Source: an uncultured Acidobacteriota bacterium (GTDB lineage: Bacteria > Acidobacteriota > Thermoanaerobaculia > Multivoradales > UBA5704). From it: a stretch of 64,000 nucleotides of DNA. The DNA lies in assembly GCA_963700145.1 (NCBI GenBank), contig OY969474.1:1888001-1952000 (forward strand), written 5' to 3'. The notes beneath the pieces are model-generated. The model did no database searches and was not told the DNA's origin. It saw only the letters and a program-made list of their open reading frames with translations. Of the stretch, positions 55,323-64,000 are shown one piece after another; position 1 is the stretch's first letter; each line of letters starts with the position of its first letter. A program made the translations under genes and the position numbers.

Positions 55323-57169
55323 GCGCGGTCCTCGCCCTCGCCGCCGCCGAGCTGCGCCAGCGGCGGCTGCTCCTCGCCGCCTCGGCGCTGCTGGGTCTCC
55401 TCGCGCTGGCGGCGCCGCTCCTCGATTCGCCCCCCGTGAGCCGACCCGGCGAGCTGCGGGCGGCGACGGCCCTCGTCATCCTCGCGCTCTGGACGACGCT
55501 CCTGGCGCTGATCACCGGCGCCACGGCGCTGGCCGGCGAGATGGCCGACCGGCGGCTCGGCTTCTACCTGGCGCGGCCCTTCTCCACCTGGAAGCTCTGG
55601 GCGGGGAAGATGGGAGCGGCGGTGCTGCTGCCGCTGCTCGCCGGGGCGCTGGTCGTCCTGCCGGCGGCGCTCGCGGGCGCGCCCGTGGCCGCGATGTTCG
55701 AAGGCATCGTCGGGCGCCGGCCGGCGCTCGCGACCGCTCTCGCCGCGGCCACCGTCGTGGCGCTGGTCGCCTTCTCGCACGCGGCGGCCATCGCGCTGCG
55801 GTCGCGCCGGGCGTGGCTGCTGCTCGATCTCGCTGCGCTCGCGGTCGGCGCGGCGCTCGTCGTCGAGGCGGTGACGGTCCTCCGCCGCGCGTTCGTCCCG
55901 CAGGCGGTCACGGCGGGCGCAAACGCGCTGACCGCGCTGGCCTTCGTCGCGCTGCTCGCCGCCGGCGCCCTGGCGGTCCACCGCGGACGCGGTGACTTGG
56001 CGGCGGCGCATCGCACGCTCTCGCTGGTGCTCTGGCCGCCGGTGCTCGCCGGGGCCCTCGGCTTTCTACTCTTCGCCGGCTGGGTCGTCGGCGCGCCGAT
56101 CGACAGCCTGGAATCGCCCATGGTGTGGACCGCGCAGGGGCGCGTCTCCTGGGTGGTCGTCCACGGCGCGGCGGCGCACCGCTTCGGCTACCGACCTTTC
56201 TTCCTGTTCGACGCCGCGACCGGCCGATCGGTCCGGATGGGGGCGGACGGGTTCTCCTGGCCCGCGTTCGCGGCGGACGGCTCGCGCGCTGTCTGGCTCA
56301 CCGAGCCGGAGGAACGGAGCCCGGAGGCCTGGAGCCTCGACCTGGCGCGCGCGGACGCGCGGCCACGGCGCACGCCGATCGCGCTCGCCGGTTGGCCGCA
56401 GTGGCTGGAGCTCTCGCCCAGCGGCGGGCGGCTGGCGATCCTCCAGCACGAGCGCCTCCTCGTCTATGGGGTCGCCGACGGGCGTTTGCTCGCTGCGGTG
56501 CGGCTGGCGCCGTCGGGCGAGCGGCGGCTCGCCTTCCTCGACGAAGACCGGGTGCGGCTGGTGGAAAGACAGTCACGCGCGAAGGGCTTCGCCGTCTCCG
56601 ATCTGGCGATCGGCGGCCGCCTGGAGCCGCGAGGACGGTTCGAAACGCCGGAGGGCGCCCGCGGGGAGGTGAGCCCGCAGGGGGACCGCCTCCTCGTGAG
56701 GATTGTGCCGACCGCTCCCGGAAGGCCCGCCGGCATCCGGCTCTACGCCCTCCCCGGCGGCGAGGTCCTGGCGTCGCTGCCGCCCCATCCCGGCCGCGCG
56801 GTCTCCTTCTTGGCCGATGGACGTCTGGTGCTGCACCGGCACGGGGATGGAGGACAGCATCTCCGCACGCTCTCCGCCGACGGCAGGCAGGAATGGAGCT
56901 GGCGGTTCCCCGGCGCCGTGCTCATTCACCTCGGCGGGCAGCCCGAGCCCCACACGCTCCTGGTGGGCACCTCCGCCGGCGAGGTCCGCACGGTCTACCG
57001 TCTCGACCTTGGCACCGGGCGCAGGGTGGAGCTGGGCCGCGGTCTCCTGCCCGTCGCGAACCCCGAGACATCCGGCCCGGCCGCCCGCCTCTTCACGACC
57101 GCGGACGGCTCCGTCGTCGAGATCGCCGCGGACGGCGCCCGGCGCGCCGTCCTGCCGCGCCGCGACTAA
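55319..57169 (+). CDS. ABC-2-type permease fused to a beta-propeller-like domain
   Basis: ATG overlaps the ATPase stop; multiple TMs with FYLARP...GK; PAFAADG/LSPSG/VSPQG/FLADG repeats. Confidence 0.75.
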   Translation: MSAVLALAAAELRQRRLLLAASALLGLLALAAPLLDSPPVSRPGELRAATALVILALWTTLLALITGATALAGEMADRRLGFYLARPFSTWKLWAGKMGAAVLLPLLAGALVVLPAALAGAPVAAMFEGIVGRRPALATALAAATVVALVAFSHAAAIALRSRRAWLLLDLAALAVGAALVVEAVTVLRRAFVPQAVTAGANALTALAFVALLAAGALAVHRGRGDLAAAHRTLSLVLWPPVLAGALGFLLFAGWVVGAPIDSLESPMVWTAQGRVSWVVVHGAAAHRFGYRPFFLFDAATGRSVRMGADGFSWPAFAADGSRAVWLTEPEERSPEAWSLDLARADARPRRTPIALAGWPQWLELSPSGGRLAILQHERLLVYGVADGRLLAAVRLAPSGERRLAFLDEDRVRLVERQSRAKGFAVSDLAIGGRLEPRGRFETPEGARGEVSPQGDRLLVRIVPTAPGRPAGIRLYALPGGEVLASLPPHPGRAVSFLADGRLVLHRHGDGGQHLRTLSADGRQEWSWRFPGAVLIHLGGQPEPHTLLVGTSAGEVRTVYRLDLGTGRRVELGRGLLPVANPETSGPAARLFTTADGSVVEIAADGARRAVLPRRD

Positions 57170-57172
57170 GGC

Positions 57173-58936
57173 TCAGTTGGCGCCGGCCCGCGCCTTGGCG
57201 GTCGAGGCGACCTGCGCCGGCGGCAGCTCGACGCGCTCGCCGTAGTAGACGAGGAGGCCGGCGACGATCGCCTCGGCCACCTTCTGGCGGTAGGCGCGGG
57301 TCTGGAGCAGGCGCCGGTCTTCCTCGTTGGCGAGGTTGCAGACCTCCAGGAGCGCCTTGGCGGGGACGACGTTGTAGCGCAGCACCGCCGGCACCCACTG
57401 GCTGCGCTCGCGGATGATCTTGTCGCGCACCGGCTTGAAGGGGTGGACCGCGAGGCCGCCGGCGGCGAAGGCGTCCACGACGCGTTGCGCCAGCTCGCGC
57501 GACAGGCCCTCGCTCTTCACCCGCTCCTCCCACGGGAACTCGACGCTCGGGCTCTCCTGCACCTCGCGCCGCGCGGTGTAGACGGCCGAGGACTTGCCGT
57601 AGCTCTCCTGGCGCATGCTGGCGGCGGGGATGTAGGCCATGACGCCGCGCAGCGAGGGGTGGAGCGAGTCGGCGTGGATCGAGAGGAAGACGACCTTCTC
57701 GGGGCCGGCGTCGGCGGCGAGCGCCCGGCGGTAGAGGCTATTGGCGAGGTACCAGCGGAGGTTGACGCCCACCGTCGGGTCTTCGATCGGATACGGCGGC
57801 GTGGTGAGCACCGCGTGGCGGCGGGAGAACGGCAGCACGTCGGTCTCGTGGATCTGGAAGCTCTCGCCGTCGCGCGTGGTGAGCGCCACCTGCGCCGCGG
57901 TGTGCGATTCGAGCAGGCGCTTGGCGCGCAGCACGATGTCGTAGACGTAGGTGCTCTCCCAGACGCCGGCCATCGTGGTGCCCGAGTCGCGGCCGCCGTG
58001 GCCGGCGTCGAGGATGACGGTGATGCCGGCGAGCCCCTTGGCCCGCACCTGGTTGCTGAAGCGGGCGCTGGCGGCCAGCTCGGCCTCGTACTCGCGCCGC
58101 CGCGGGTGCCCTTCGGGGAGAAACTCGGGAAGCAGGAGGTCGGCCGGGATCTTCACCCGGTAGCCGACGGGGATGTCGGTGACGTCGCGGATGCCGTTGC
58201 GCGCCGCGATCTCCGCCGCCAGGGCGTTGACGTCGGCACCGAAGACGCGGCCGGTGAAGCGCACGACGACGCTCGAGTAGAGTGCCTCGCCGGGGCGCAG
58301 GCGGTAGACCGCGTACTCGCCGCCGGCGTCCTTGCCGAAGTGCAGGCGGTGCCCCTCGGCCGCCGGCAGCGCGGCGCGGAAGGCCGGCAGCAGCAGCTCC
58401 GCCGGGACGATCACCGAGGCGCCGCTCGGCAGGTCCTCGTCGCCGAGCTCGTTGTACTCGCGGATGGCGCGGAAGTTCTCGCCGTTGCCGGTGAACCAGC
58501 GCGCCAGGTGCCAGAGGCTCTCGCGCTTGAGCGGCCCGACGCCGCGCACGGTGTGGCGCCAGCCGTCGGCCTCGGCGGCGTCGCGCGCGAAGAGGCGCTG
58601 CACGGCCTTGAGCTGGACGTCGGGAGCGAGCAGCTCGAACGGCACCCGGTAGCGGACGCCGACCTGCAGCTCCTCGCCGCCGCCGTTGGCCTTGGCGACC
58701 AGCGGCGCGCGCGCCGGGTCGCCGCAGAGGCGGCGGGTGAAGGCGAGCAGCCCCTCGCCGCGGCGCGGAGAGGCCTCGAGGCGGATCGTGTGGTCGTCGC
58801 CCAGGACGGCGGTGACGCCGTCCTCGAGCGGCGCGCGCAGCGGCCCCGCAGCCGCGGCCGCGACCGCCGCGAGCGGCAGGGCGAGCGCCGCGGCGAGCGC
58901 GATCGAGACCGCGTGCCGCCTGTAGATCGTCGCCAT
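57173..58936 (-). CDS. N-acetylmuramoyl-L-alanine amidase (Amidase_3) with LysM-like N-terminal repeats
   Basis: LDAGHGGRDSG, FLSIHAD, VLR, LLEVCNL. Confidence 0.88.
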   Translation of the reverse strand: MATIYRRHAVSIALAAALALPLAAVAAAAAGPLRAPLEDGVTAVLGDDHTIRLEASPRRGEGLLAFTRRLCGDPARAPLVAKANGGGEELQVGVRYRVPFELLAPDVQLKAVQRLFARDAAEADGWRHTVRGVGPLKRESLWHLARWFTGNGENFRAIREYNELGDEDLPSGASVIVPAELLLPAFRAALPAAEGHRLHFGKDAGGEYAVYRLRPGEALYSSVVVRFTGRVFGADVNALAAEIAARNGIRDVTDIPVGYRVKIPADLLLPEFLPEGHPRRREYEAELAASARFSNQVRAKGLAGITVILDAGHGGRDSGTTMAGVWESTYVYDIVLRAKRLLESHTAAQVALTTRDGESFQIHETDVLPFSRRHAVLTTPPYPIEDPTVGVNLRWYLANSLYRRALAADAGPEKVVFLSIHADSLHPSLRGVMAYIPAASMRQESYGKSSAVYTARREVQESPSVEFPWEERVKSEGLSRELAQRVVDAFAAGGLAVHPFKPVRDKIIRERSQWVPAVLRYNVVPAKALLEVCNLANEEDRRLLQTRAYRQKVAEAIVAGLLVYYGERVELPPAQVASTAKARAGAN

Positions 58937-58952
58937 CGCCGCCGTCCCCCGC

Positions 58953-60455
58953 TCAGCCCGCCGGCGCCGCGATAGGCGCGCCCGCCGCCTCGGCGCCGCG
59001 GAAGCTCGGCGCCACCTGCCACCCGGCCTCGTGCTCGAAGGCGCGCGCGGCGCGGAAGACCGTCGCCTCGTCGAAGGGGCGCCCCATGATCTGGAGCGAC
59101 AGCGGCAGGCCCTCGTCGTCCGCTCCCGAAGGCACCGCCACGGCCGGCAGGCCGAGAAGGCTCGCCGGCGTGGTGAAGATGTCGGAGAGGTACATCGCCA
59201 GCGGGTCGTCCACCTTCTCGCCGAGCGCGAAGGCGCCGCCGGGCGCCGTCGGCGTGACCAGCAGGTCGACCTCCGCGAAGGCCGCCTCCACCTGCCGGCG
59301 CATCCCTTCGAGGACGCCGCGCGCCCGGCCGTAGTAGGCCTCGTAGTAGCCGGAGGAGAGGGCGAAGGTGCCGAGCATGATCCGGCGCTTGACCTCGGCT
59401 CCGAACCCCTCGCTGCGGCTGCGCAGGTAGAGGTCGAGGAGGTTCTCGGCCTCGGCGCGCCGGCCGTAGCGCACGCCGTCGAAGCGGGCGAGGTTGGCGG
59501 AAGCCTCGGAGGTGGCGATGACGTAGTAGACGGCGATCGCCGCGCCCAGGCTCGGCACCGAGACCTCGATCGGCTCGGCGCCGGCGCGCGCCAGGAGCTC
59601 GAGGGACTCGCGCCAGTTGCGCTGCGCCGCGGGGGCGAGGGCGCCGGCGTCGACCTCGCGCAGGATGCCGACGCGCAACCCGCGCACGCCTTCCTCGATC
59701 CCCGCCAGGTAGTCCTCGCCCGGACGGGCGGCGCAGGTCGAGTCGCGCGGGTCGGAGCCGGCGACGACCGAGAGCGCCAGGGCGGCGTCGCGCACGTCGC
59801 GCGCCACGGGGCCGATCTGGTCGGTCGAGGAGGCGAAGGCGACGAGGCCGTAGCGCGAGACGCGGCCCCAGGTCGGCTTGACGCCGACGACGCCGCACAG
59901 CGCCGCCGGCTGGCGCACCGAGCCGCCGGTGTCGGAGCCGAAGCCGAGCGCTGCGCTCCCCGCCGCCACCGCCGCCGCCGGGCCGCCGCTCGAGCCGCCG
60001 GGGACGCGCGCCAGGTTCCACGGGTTGCGCGTCTTGGCGTAGGCCGAGTTCTCGGTCGAGGAGCCCATCGCGAACTCGTCCATGTTGGCGCGGCCGAGGA
60101 CGACCGCCCCTTCGGCGAGCAGGCGCTCGACGGCGGTCGCGGTGTAGGGGGCGACGTAGCCGGCGAGGATCTTGGAGCCGCAGGTGAGCGGCTTGCCGGC
60201 GAGGCTCAGGTTGTCCTTGAGGACGATCGGGACGCCGGCGAGGCGGCCGGCCGGCTCGCCGGCGGCGAGGCGGCGGTCGAGGTCGGCGGCGGCGGCGCGC
60301 GCTTCTTCGTCGTAGACGGCGAGGTAGGCGGCGACCAGGGGCTCGACGCGGGCGGTGCGGCCGAGGGCGGAGGCGACGACTTCGGCGGCGGAGAGGTCGC
60401 GGGCGGCGACGCGACGGGCGATCTCTTCGGCGCCCAGCTCCCAGGGCTCAGGCAT
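58953..60455 (-). CDS. gatA: Asp/Glu-tRNA amidotransferase subunit A
   Basis: NMDEFAMGSSTE, PGGSSGG, GSDTGGSVRQPA, NLARFDGVRYG, EVKRRIMLGT. Confidence 0.97.
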   Translation of the reverse strand: MPEPWELGAEEIARRVAARDLSAAEVVASALGRTARVEPLVAAYLAVYDEEARAAAADLDRRLAAGEPAGRLAGVPIVLKDNLSLAGKPLTCGSKILAGYVAPYTATAVERLLAEGAVVLGRANMDEFAMGSSTENSAYAKTRNPWNLARVPGGSSGGPAAAVAAGSAALGFGSDTGGSVRQPAALCGVVGVKPTWGRVSRYGLVAFASSTDQIGPVARDVRDAALALSVVAGSDPRDSTCAARPGEDYLAGIEEGVRGLRVGILREVDAGALAPAAQRNWRESLELLARAGAEPIEVSVPSLGAAIAVYYVIATSEASANLARFDGVRYGRRAEAENLLDLYLRSRSEGFGAEVKRRIMLGTFALSSGYYEAYYGRARGVLEGMRRQVEAAFAEVDLLVTPTAPGGAFALGEKVDDPLAMYLSDIFTTPASLLGLPAVAVPSGADDEGLPLSLQIMGRPFDEATVFRAARAFEHEAGWQVAPSFRGAEAAGAPIAAPAG

Positions 60456-60735
60456 CGCCGCTCCCCATGACGCCGGGGACGAGGAGCAGGCCGTCGAGGG
60501 CGGAGGGGGCGTTGGCGAGGAAGAGCTCGCGCGGCAGGGAGGGCTGGGGGAGGTCGGTAGCTTCGGGGGCGGGGGCGGAGGCCGGCGGTGGGTCGGCGCT
60601 CTCGTAGTGCGCGAGCTGGCCGATGTAGTCCACGATGGCGCCTAGCTGGCCGGCGAAGAGTGACTCCTCCTCCGGTGTGAGACGGAGGCGCGCCAGCGAG
60701 GCGATCTTCCTTACTTCGTCGACAGTTAGCGACAT
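60448..60735 (-). CDS. gatC: Asp/Glu-tRNA amidotransferase subunit C
   Basis: MSLTVDEVRKIASLARL...LANAP...VP; directly upstream of gatA. Confidence 0.9.
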   Translation of the reverse strand: MSLTVDEVRKIASLARLRLTPEEESLFAGQLGAIVDYIGQLAHYESADPPPASAPAPEATDLPQPSLPRELFLANAPSALDGLLLVPGVMGSGDA

Positions 60736-60799
60736 AGACCTGACGTGGAATGTTAACAGAAGGGGGAAGAAGGAAAGGCTCGCTTCGGCGGCCGTTCCG

Positions 60800-60980
60800 G
60801 TGTGGGGCCCCGGAGGCTCTCCTGCGCGCCGTGCGCTCCCTTGATGACCGCGCTTCGCGTGCCGGTTCAGGGGCGCCGTGCCGACAGACAAAGCGTTGGC
60901 TCCGGCGCCTCGCATGGTGGCCTGCGACGGGGAGCGGTCAGGAGCGCCCGGTGCTCCGGAGACCTCCGGGACCTGGCACC
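60800..60980 (-). ncRNA. ssrS: Probable 6S RNA
   Basis: ~170-180 nt intergenic rod: the ends CCCGGAGG-TCTCC and GGAGAGCCTCCGGG pair; internal GCGCTCCTGACC pairs with GGTCATCAAGGGAGCGC; CCCCTGAACC motif. Confidence 0.55.
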
Positions 60981-61033
60981 GACGGTGCCCTACCAACCAC
61001 TTATCCCGACCTACCGCTTATCCCCACCTACCC

Positions 61034-61072
61034 GTCATCCTGAGCGTAGCGAAGGATCTGGGCGGGGGCGGC
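61034..61072 (+). repeat. REP-like extragenic element, copy 2
   Basis: GTCATCCTGAGCGTAGCGAAGGATCTGGGCGGGGGCGGC. Confidence 0.8.
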
Positions 61073-61087
61073 AGCTAGACTGGCAGG

Positions 61088-62344
61088 GTGGATTCCAGCT
61101 CCCTGAAGTCGCTGCGCCGGCACCGGGCGGTGCGGGCGCTGGTGCGGGTTACGGGGGGCGAGTGTCACCTGGTGGGCGGCGTGCTGCGCGATCGGCTGCT
61201 CGGGCTGGCGGTCAAGGATCTCGACGCGGTGGTGGCGGGGGGCGGGGAGGAGGTGGCGGGGCGGCTGGCGGCGGAGCTGGGGGCGCGGCTGGTGCGGCTG
61301 GGGGGCAAGGAGTTCGCCGCCTTCCGGCTGGTGGCGCGGCGGTGGGTGCTCGATCTGTGGGACCGCGCGGAGGTCTCGCTGGAGGACGACCTGGCGCGGC
61401 GCGACTTCTCGGTCAACTCGATCGCCTGGGCGCCGGCCGGCGGCGTCTTGACCGACCCCTTCGGCGGCCTCGACGACCTCGGCTGCCGGCTGCTGCGCGC
61501 AACGACCGCCGCGAGCTTCACCGGCGACCCGCTGCGCGTGCTCCGCTTGCCGCGCTTTCTCGTCCAGCTGCCGGGCTTCAGCGCTGACGCCGGGACCGTG
61601 GAGCTGGCACGCGCGAGCGCGCCAGGCCTCGCCGGCGTCGCCGCCGAGCGGGTGCGCGAGGAGCTGGGGCTGACGCTTGCGCATTCCGAGGCGTACCGGG
61701 GAGTCGAGCTACTCGCGCGGTTGGAGGTCTATCCGCGGCTGTGGCTGGGTGGGGAGGGGAACTCGGGCGATCCCGGCCAAGCGCTCGCTCTGTTGCGGGC
61801 GCTCCCGGCCGCCGCCGAGCGACTGCTCGTCGCCGCGCCGGAGCTCTCGGGTGCGCTCGATCGTGCCGCCGCGGCTTGGGCGGCCACCTTTGCGCCCCTA
61901 CCCGGTCCTCTCCAGGCGCTGGAGCGCTTCCGCCAGGCCGGCTACCTTACCAACCATCTCGCCGAGAGGGTGCAGGCCCTCCTCCGGCTGAGCTCCGTGC
62001 CCGAGGACGACCGCGCCCGCCGCCGCTTCCTGCACGCAGCCGGCGCCGCCTGGGCCACCGCGCTTGTCTTCCTCGGTGCCCGCGCCACCGCCGCTGGAAT
62101 GCTCGCGAGCTGGGAGCGCGCAGTGCCGCCGCTCGTCGAGCTGGCGCGCCGCCACGGCGCCGAGCTCGCCGCGCCGCCGCGGCTCCTCACCGGCGAGGAG
62201 GTGCAGGCGCTCCTCGGCGTGCCGCCGGGGCCGGCCGTCGGACGGGCGCTGGCGGCGGTGCGGGAGGCGCAGGTAGAGGGGACGGTGAGCGGGCGGGAGG
62301 AGGCGGTGCGGCTGGTCGAGTCGCTGCGCGGGAAGGGCGGCTAG
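61088..62344 (+). CDS. CCA tRNA nucleotidyltransferase / poly(A) polymerase family
   Basis: LVGGVLRD, DLD, DLARRDFSVN, DPLRVLR, AERVREE, LLTG...GP.VG. Confidence 0.88.
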   Translation: MDSSSLKSLRRHRAVRALVRVTGGECHLVGGVLRDRLLGLAVKDLDAVVAGGGEEVAGRLAAELGARLVRLGGKEFAAFRLVARRWVLDLWDRAEVSLEDDLARRDFSVNSIAWAPAGGVLTDPFGGLDDLGCRLLRATTAASFTGDPLRVLRLPRFLVQLPGFSADAGTVELARASAPGLAGVAAERVREELGLTLAHSEAYRGVELLARLEVYPRLWLGGEGNSGDPGQALALLRALPAAAERLLVAAPELSGALDRAAAAWAATFAPLPGPLQALERFRQAGYLTNHLAERVQALLRLSSVPEDDRARRRFLHAAGAAWATALVFLGARATAAGMLASWERAVPPLVELARRHGAELAAPPRLLTGEEVQALLGVPPGPAVGRALAAVREAQVEGTVSGREEAVRLVESLRGKGG

Positions 62345-62351
62345 CCGGCGG

Positions 62352-63782
62352 TCAGCGCGAGAAGATCCCGGACTTCTTCCCCTCCCCGCCCCCCTGCTGC
62401 TGCTGGTTGAGCTCCTTGATCCGCGCCATCAGCTTGTCGATCTTCTCCTGCGCCTCCTGGCGCAGGCGCCCGTAGTCGGCGCGCACGCGCTCGCGGTCCT
62501 GCGTGATCTCCTGCAGCCGCTGCTTCATCTCCTCGATCTGCCCGTCGCGCCCCTGGATGGCGGCGTGCAGCTCGGCGATCTGCTCGTCCTTCTCGGCGAG
62601 GCGGATCCGCGTCTTTTCCTCCTGCTCCTCGTAGAGGCGGCGGAACTGCTGCAGCTCGACGATCTGGGAAAAGTCGGACGTCGTGGGGCTCATGTCTCCA
62701 CCTCGCTCCTCGATGACGGGGAACATCTTGCGCAGCTTGAGCGACAGGTCCTCGGGATCGCCAGACTGCCGCATCGCCTCGGCGTAGGAGATCGTGCCGT
62801 GCACCAGCAGCGCCAGCAGCGACTGGTTCATCGACTGCATGCGGTAGTAGGGGACCGAGGACTCGACCTCGTCGTGGAGCTGGCTGGTCTCGCCCTTCTC
62901 GATCATCGCCGCGATCTTGGGCGAGGCCTTCATGATCTCGAGCGCCGCCACCAGGCCCTTACCGTCCTGGCGCTCGACCAGCTTCATCGACACCACGCCC
63001 TTGAGCACCTGAGCCAGCTGGGTGCGCACCTGCGCCTGCTGGTCGGCGGGGAAGGCGTCGAGGATGCGGTCGACGGTCTGCGTCGCGGTGTTGGTGTGCA
63101 GCGTCGAGAAGACCAGGTGCCCGGTCTCGGCGGCGGTGATCACCGTCGAGACGGTCTCGGGGTCGCGCATCTCGCCGACCATGATGACGTCGGGGTCCTG
63201 GCGCAGGACGTTGCGCAGCGCCTCGGAGAAGCTGATGGTGTCGGTGCCCACCTCGCGCTGGGAGATGGCGGCCGCGTCGTCGGTGAAGAGGAACTCCATC
63301 GGGTCCTCGATGGTGACGACGTGGACCGGCCGCCGCTGCGCGATGTGGTTGATCAGGGCGGCGAGGGTGGTCGACTTGCCGCTGCCGGTGGGGCCGGTGA
63401 TCAGCACCATGCCCATCGGCAGGTCGCAGAAGTCGAGCAGCGTCGGCGGCAGCTCGAGCTGCTCGATGTCCTTGATCTTGAAGGGGATGCGGCGGAAGGA
63501 GGCGGCCAGCGTGCCGCGCTGGCGGTAGATGTTGGCGCGGAAGCGGGCGAGGCCCTTGACGCCGTAGCCGATGTCCACCGCCATCCGCTCGTCGAGCCGC
63601 GCCTGCTGCCAGGGCTCGAGCACCTTGAGGATCATCTCGCGCAGCTGGTCGGGGTCGAGCGGCGGCGACTCCACCGCCATGAGCCGCCCGTTGATGCGCA
63701 GCAGAGGCGGACGGGTGGGCTTCAGATGGAGGTCGGACGCCCCCTTGTCCGTCATCAGCTTGAGCAGGCGGTCGAGGTCCAT
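62352..63782 (-). CDS. pilT: PilT/PilU-family ATPase with C-terminal coiled-coil extension
   Basis: GASDLH, RFRAN, GPTGSGKSTT, TIEDP, LRQDPD, AETGHLVFSTLH. Confidence 0.88.
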   Translation of the reverse strand: MDLDRLLKLMTDKGASDLHLKPTRPPLLRINGRLMAVESPPLDPDQLREMILKVLEPWQQARLDERMAVDIGYGVKGLARFRANIYRQRGTLAASFRRIPFKIKDIEQLELPPTLLDFCDLPMGMVLITGPTGSGKSTTLAALINHIAQRRPVHVVTIEDPMEFLFTDDAAAISQREVGTDTISFSEALRNVLRQDPDVIMVGEMRDPETVSTVITAAETGHLVFSTLHTNTATQTVDRILDAFPADQQAQVRTQLAQVLKGVVSMKLVERQDGKGLVAALEIMKASPKIAAMIEKGETSQLHDEVESSVPYYRMQSMNQSLLALLVHGTISYAEAMRQSGDPEDLSLKLRKMFPVIEERGGDMSPTTSDFSQIVELQQFRRLYEEQEEKTRIRLAEKDEQIAELHAAIQGRDGQIEEMKQRLQEITQDRERVRADYGRLRQEAQEKIDKLMARIKELNQQQQGGGEGKKSGIFSR

Positions 63783-63862
63783 CAGCACCCTGTCGGGATG
63801 CGGCGCATTGTACAGGACGGCGGCAGCTTCCTTGGCAGGCAGTTCGAGGGTATGGTCTCGCC

Positions 63863-64000
63863 ATGAGCGCCGCGCCGCGCCCGCGAATGAAGGCCGAGGA
63901 GTATCTGGCGTTCGAACGGAGTCAGGTGGAGGCCAAGAACGAGTTCCTGGACGGCGAGCTCGTCGCCATGGCGGGCGCCAGTCGCAAGCATGCCTGCTCG
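63863..64000 (+). CDS. Uma2-family endonuclease (partial, runs off the window edge)
   Basis: Manual translation MSAAPRPRMKAEEYLAFERSQVEAKNEFLDGELVAMAGASRKH. Confidence 0.8.
   Translation, partial: MSAAPRPRMKAEEYLAFERSQVEAKNEFLDGELVAMAGASRKHACS

Overview
This is a high-GC bacterial chromosome segment. The gene content (VWFA-related protein, TonB receptor, long GreA) is most consistent with Acidobacteriota, which is an inference. 1-10 kb carries a chemosensory cluster (cheB, hybrid cheA, cheW and two MCPs with C-terminal Cache-like domains), mscL, an ECF sigma factor, an M20 peptidase and a VOC protein. About 10.4-35.8 kb is a composite genomic island at the 3' end of tRNA-Pro(CGG). It holds toxin-antitoxin modules, chimeric gene fragments, two att-like junctions, a RepA, a serine-recombinase 3' remnant and a 20-kb operon of three giant proteins without obvious signal peptides: an S8 subtilase/C15-like peptidase fusion (2636 aa), a beta-rich ~2170-aa protein and a propeller/Ig-like 1926-aa protein. 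That operon is the best candidate for an undescribed system. Joining the two ends of the inner element in silico fuses the recombinase tail in frame to a new C-terminus whose stop overlaps the repA start. 36-64 kb is mostly housekeeping (fadD, fadJ, TonB receptor, dynamin-like protein, PP2C, DnaJ, RodZ, GreA, GntR-ABC, amidase, gatCA, CCA enzyme, PilT). It also contains a probable 6S RNA, a cas-less 8-unit interspaced repeat array phased on ~21 bp, and REP/MITE-like elements. All calls come from reading the sequence by eye; no searches were run.
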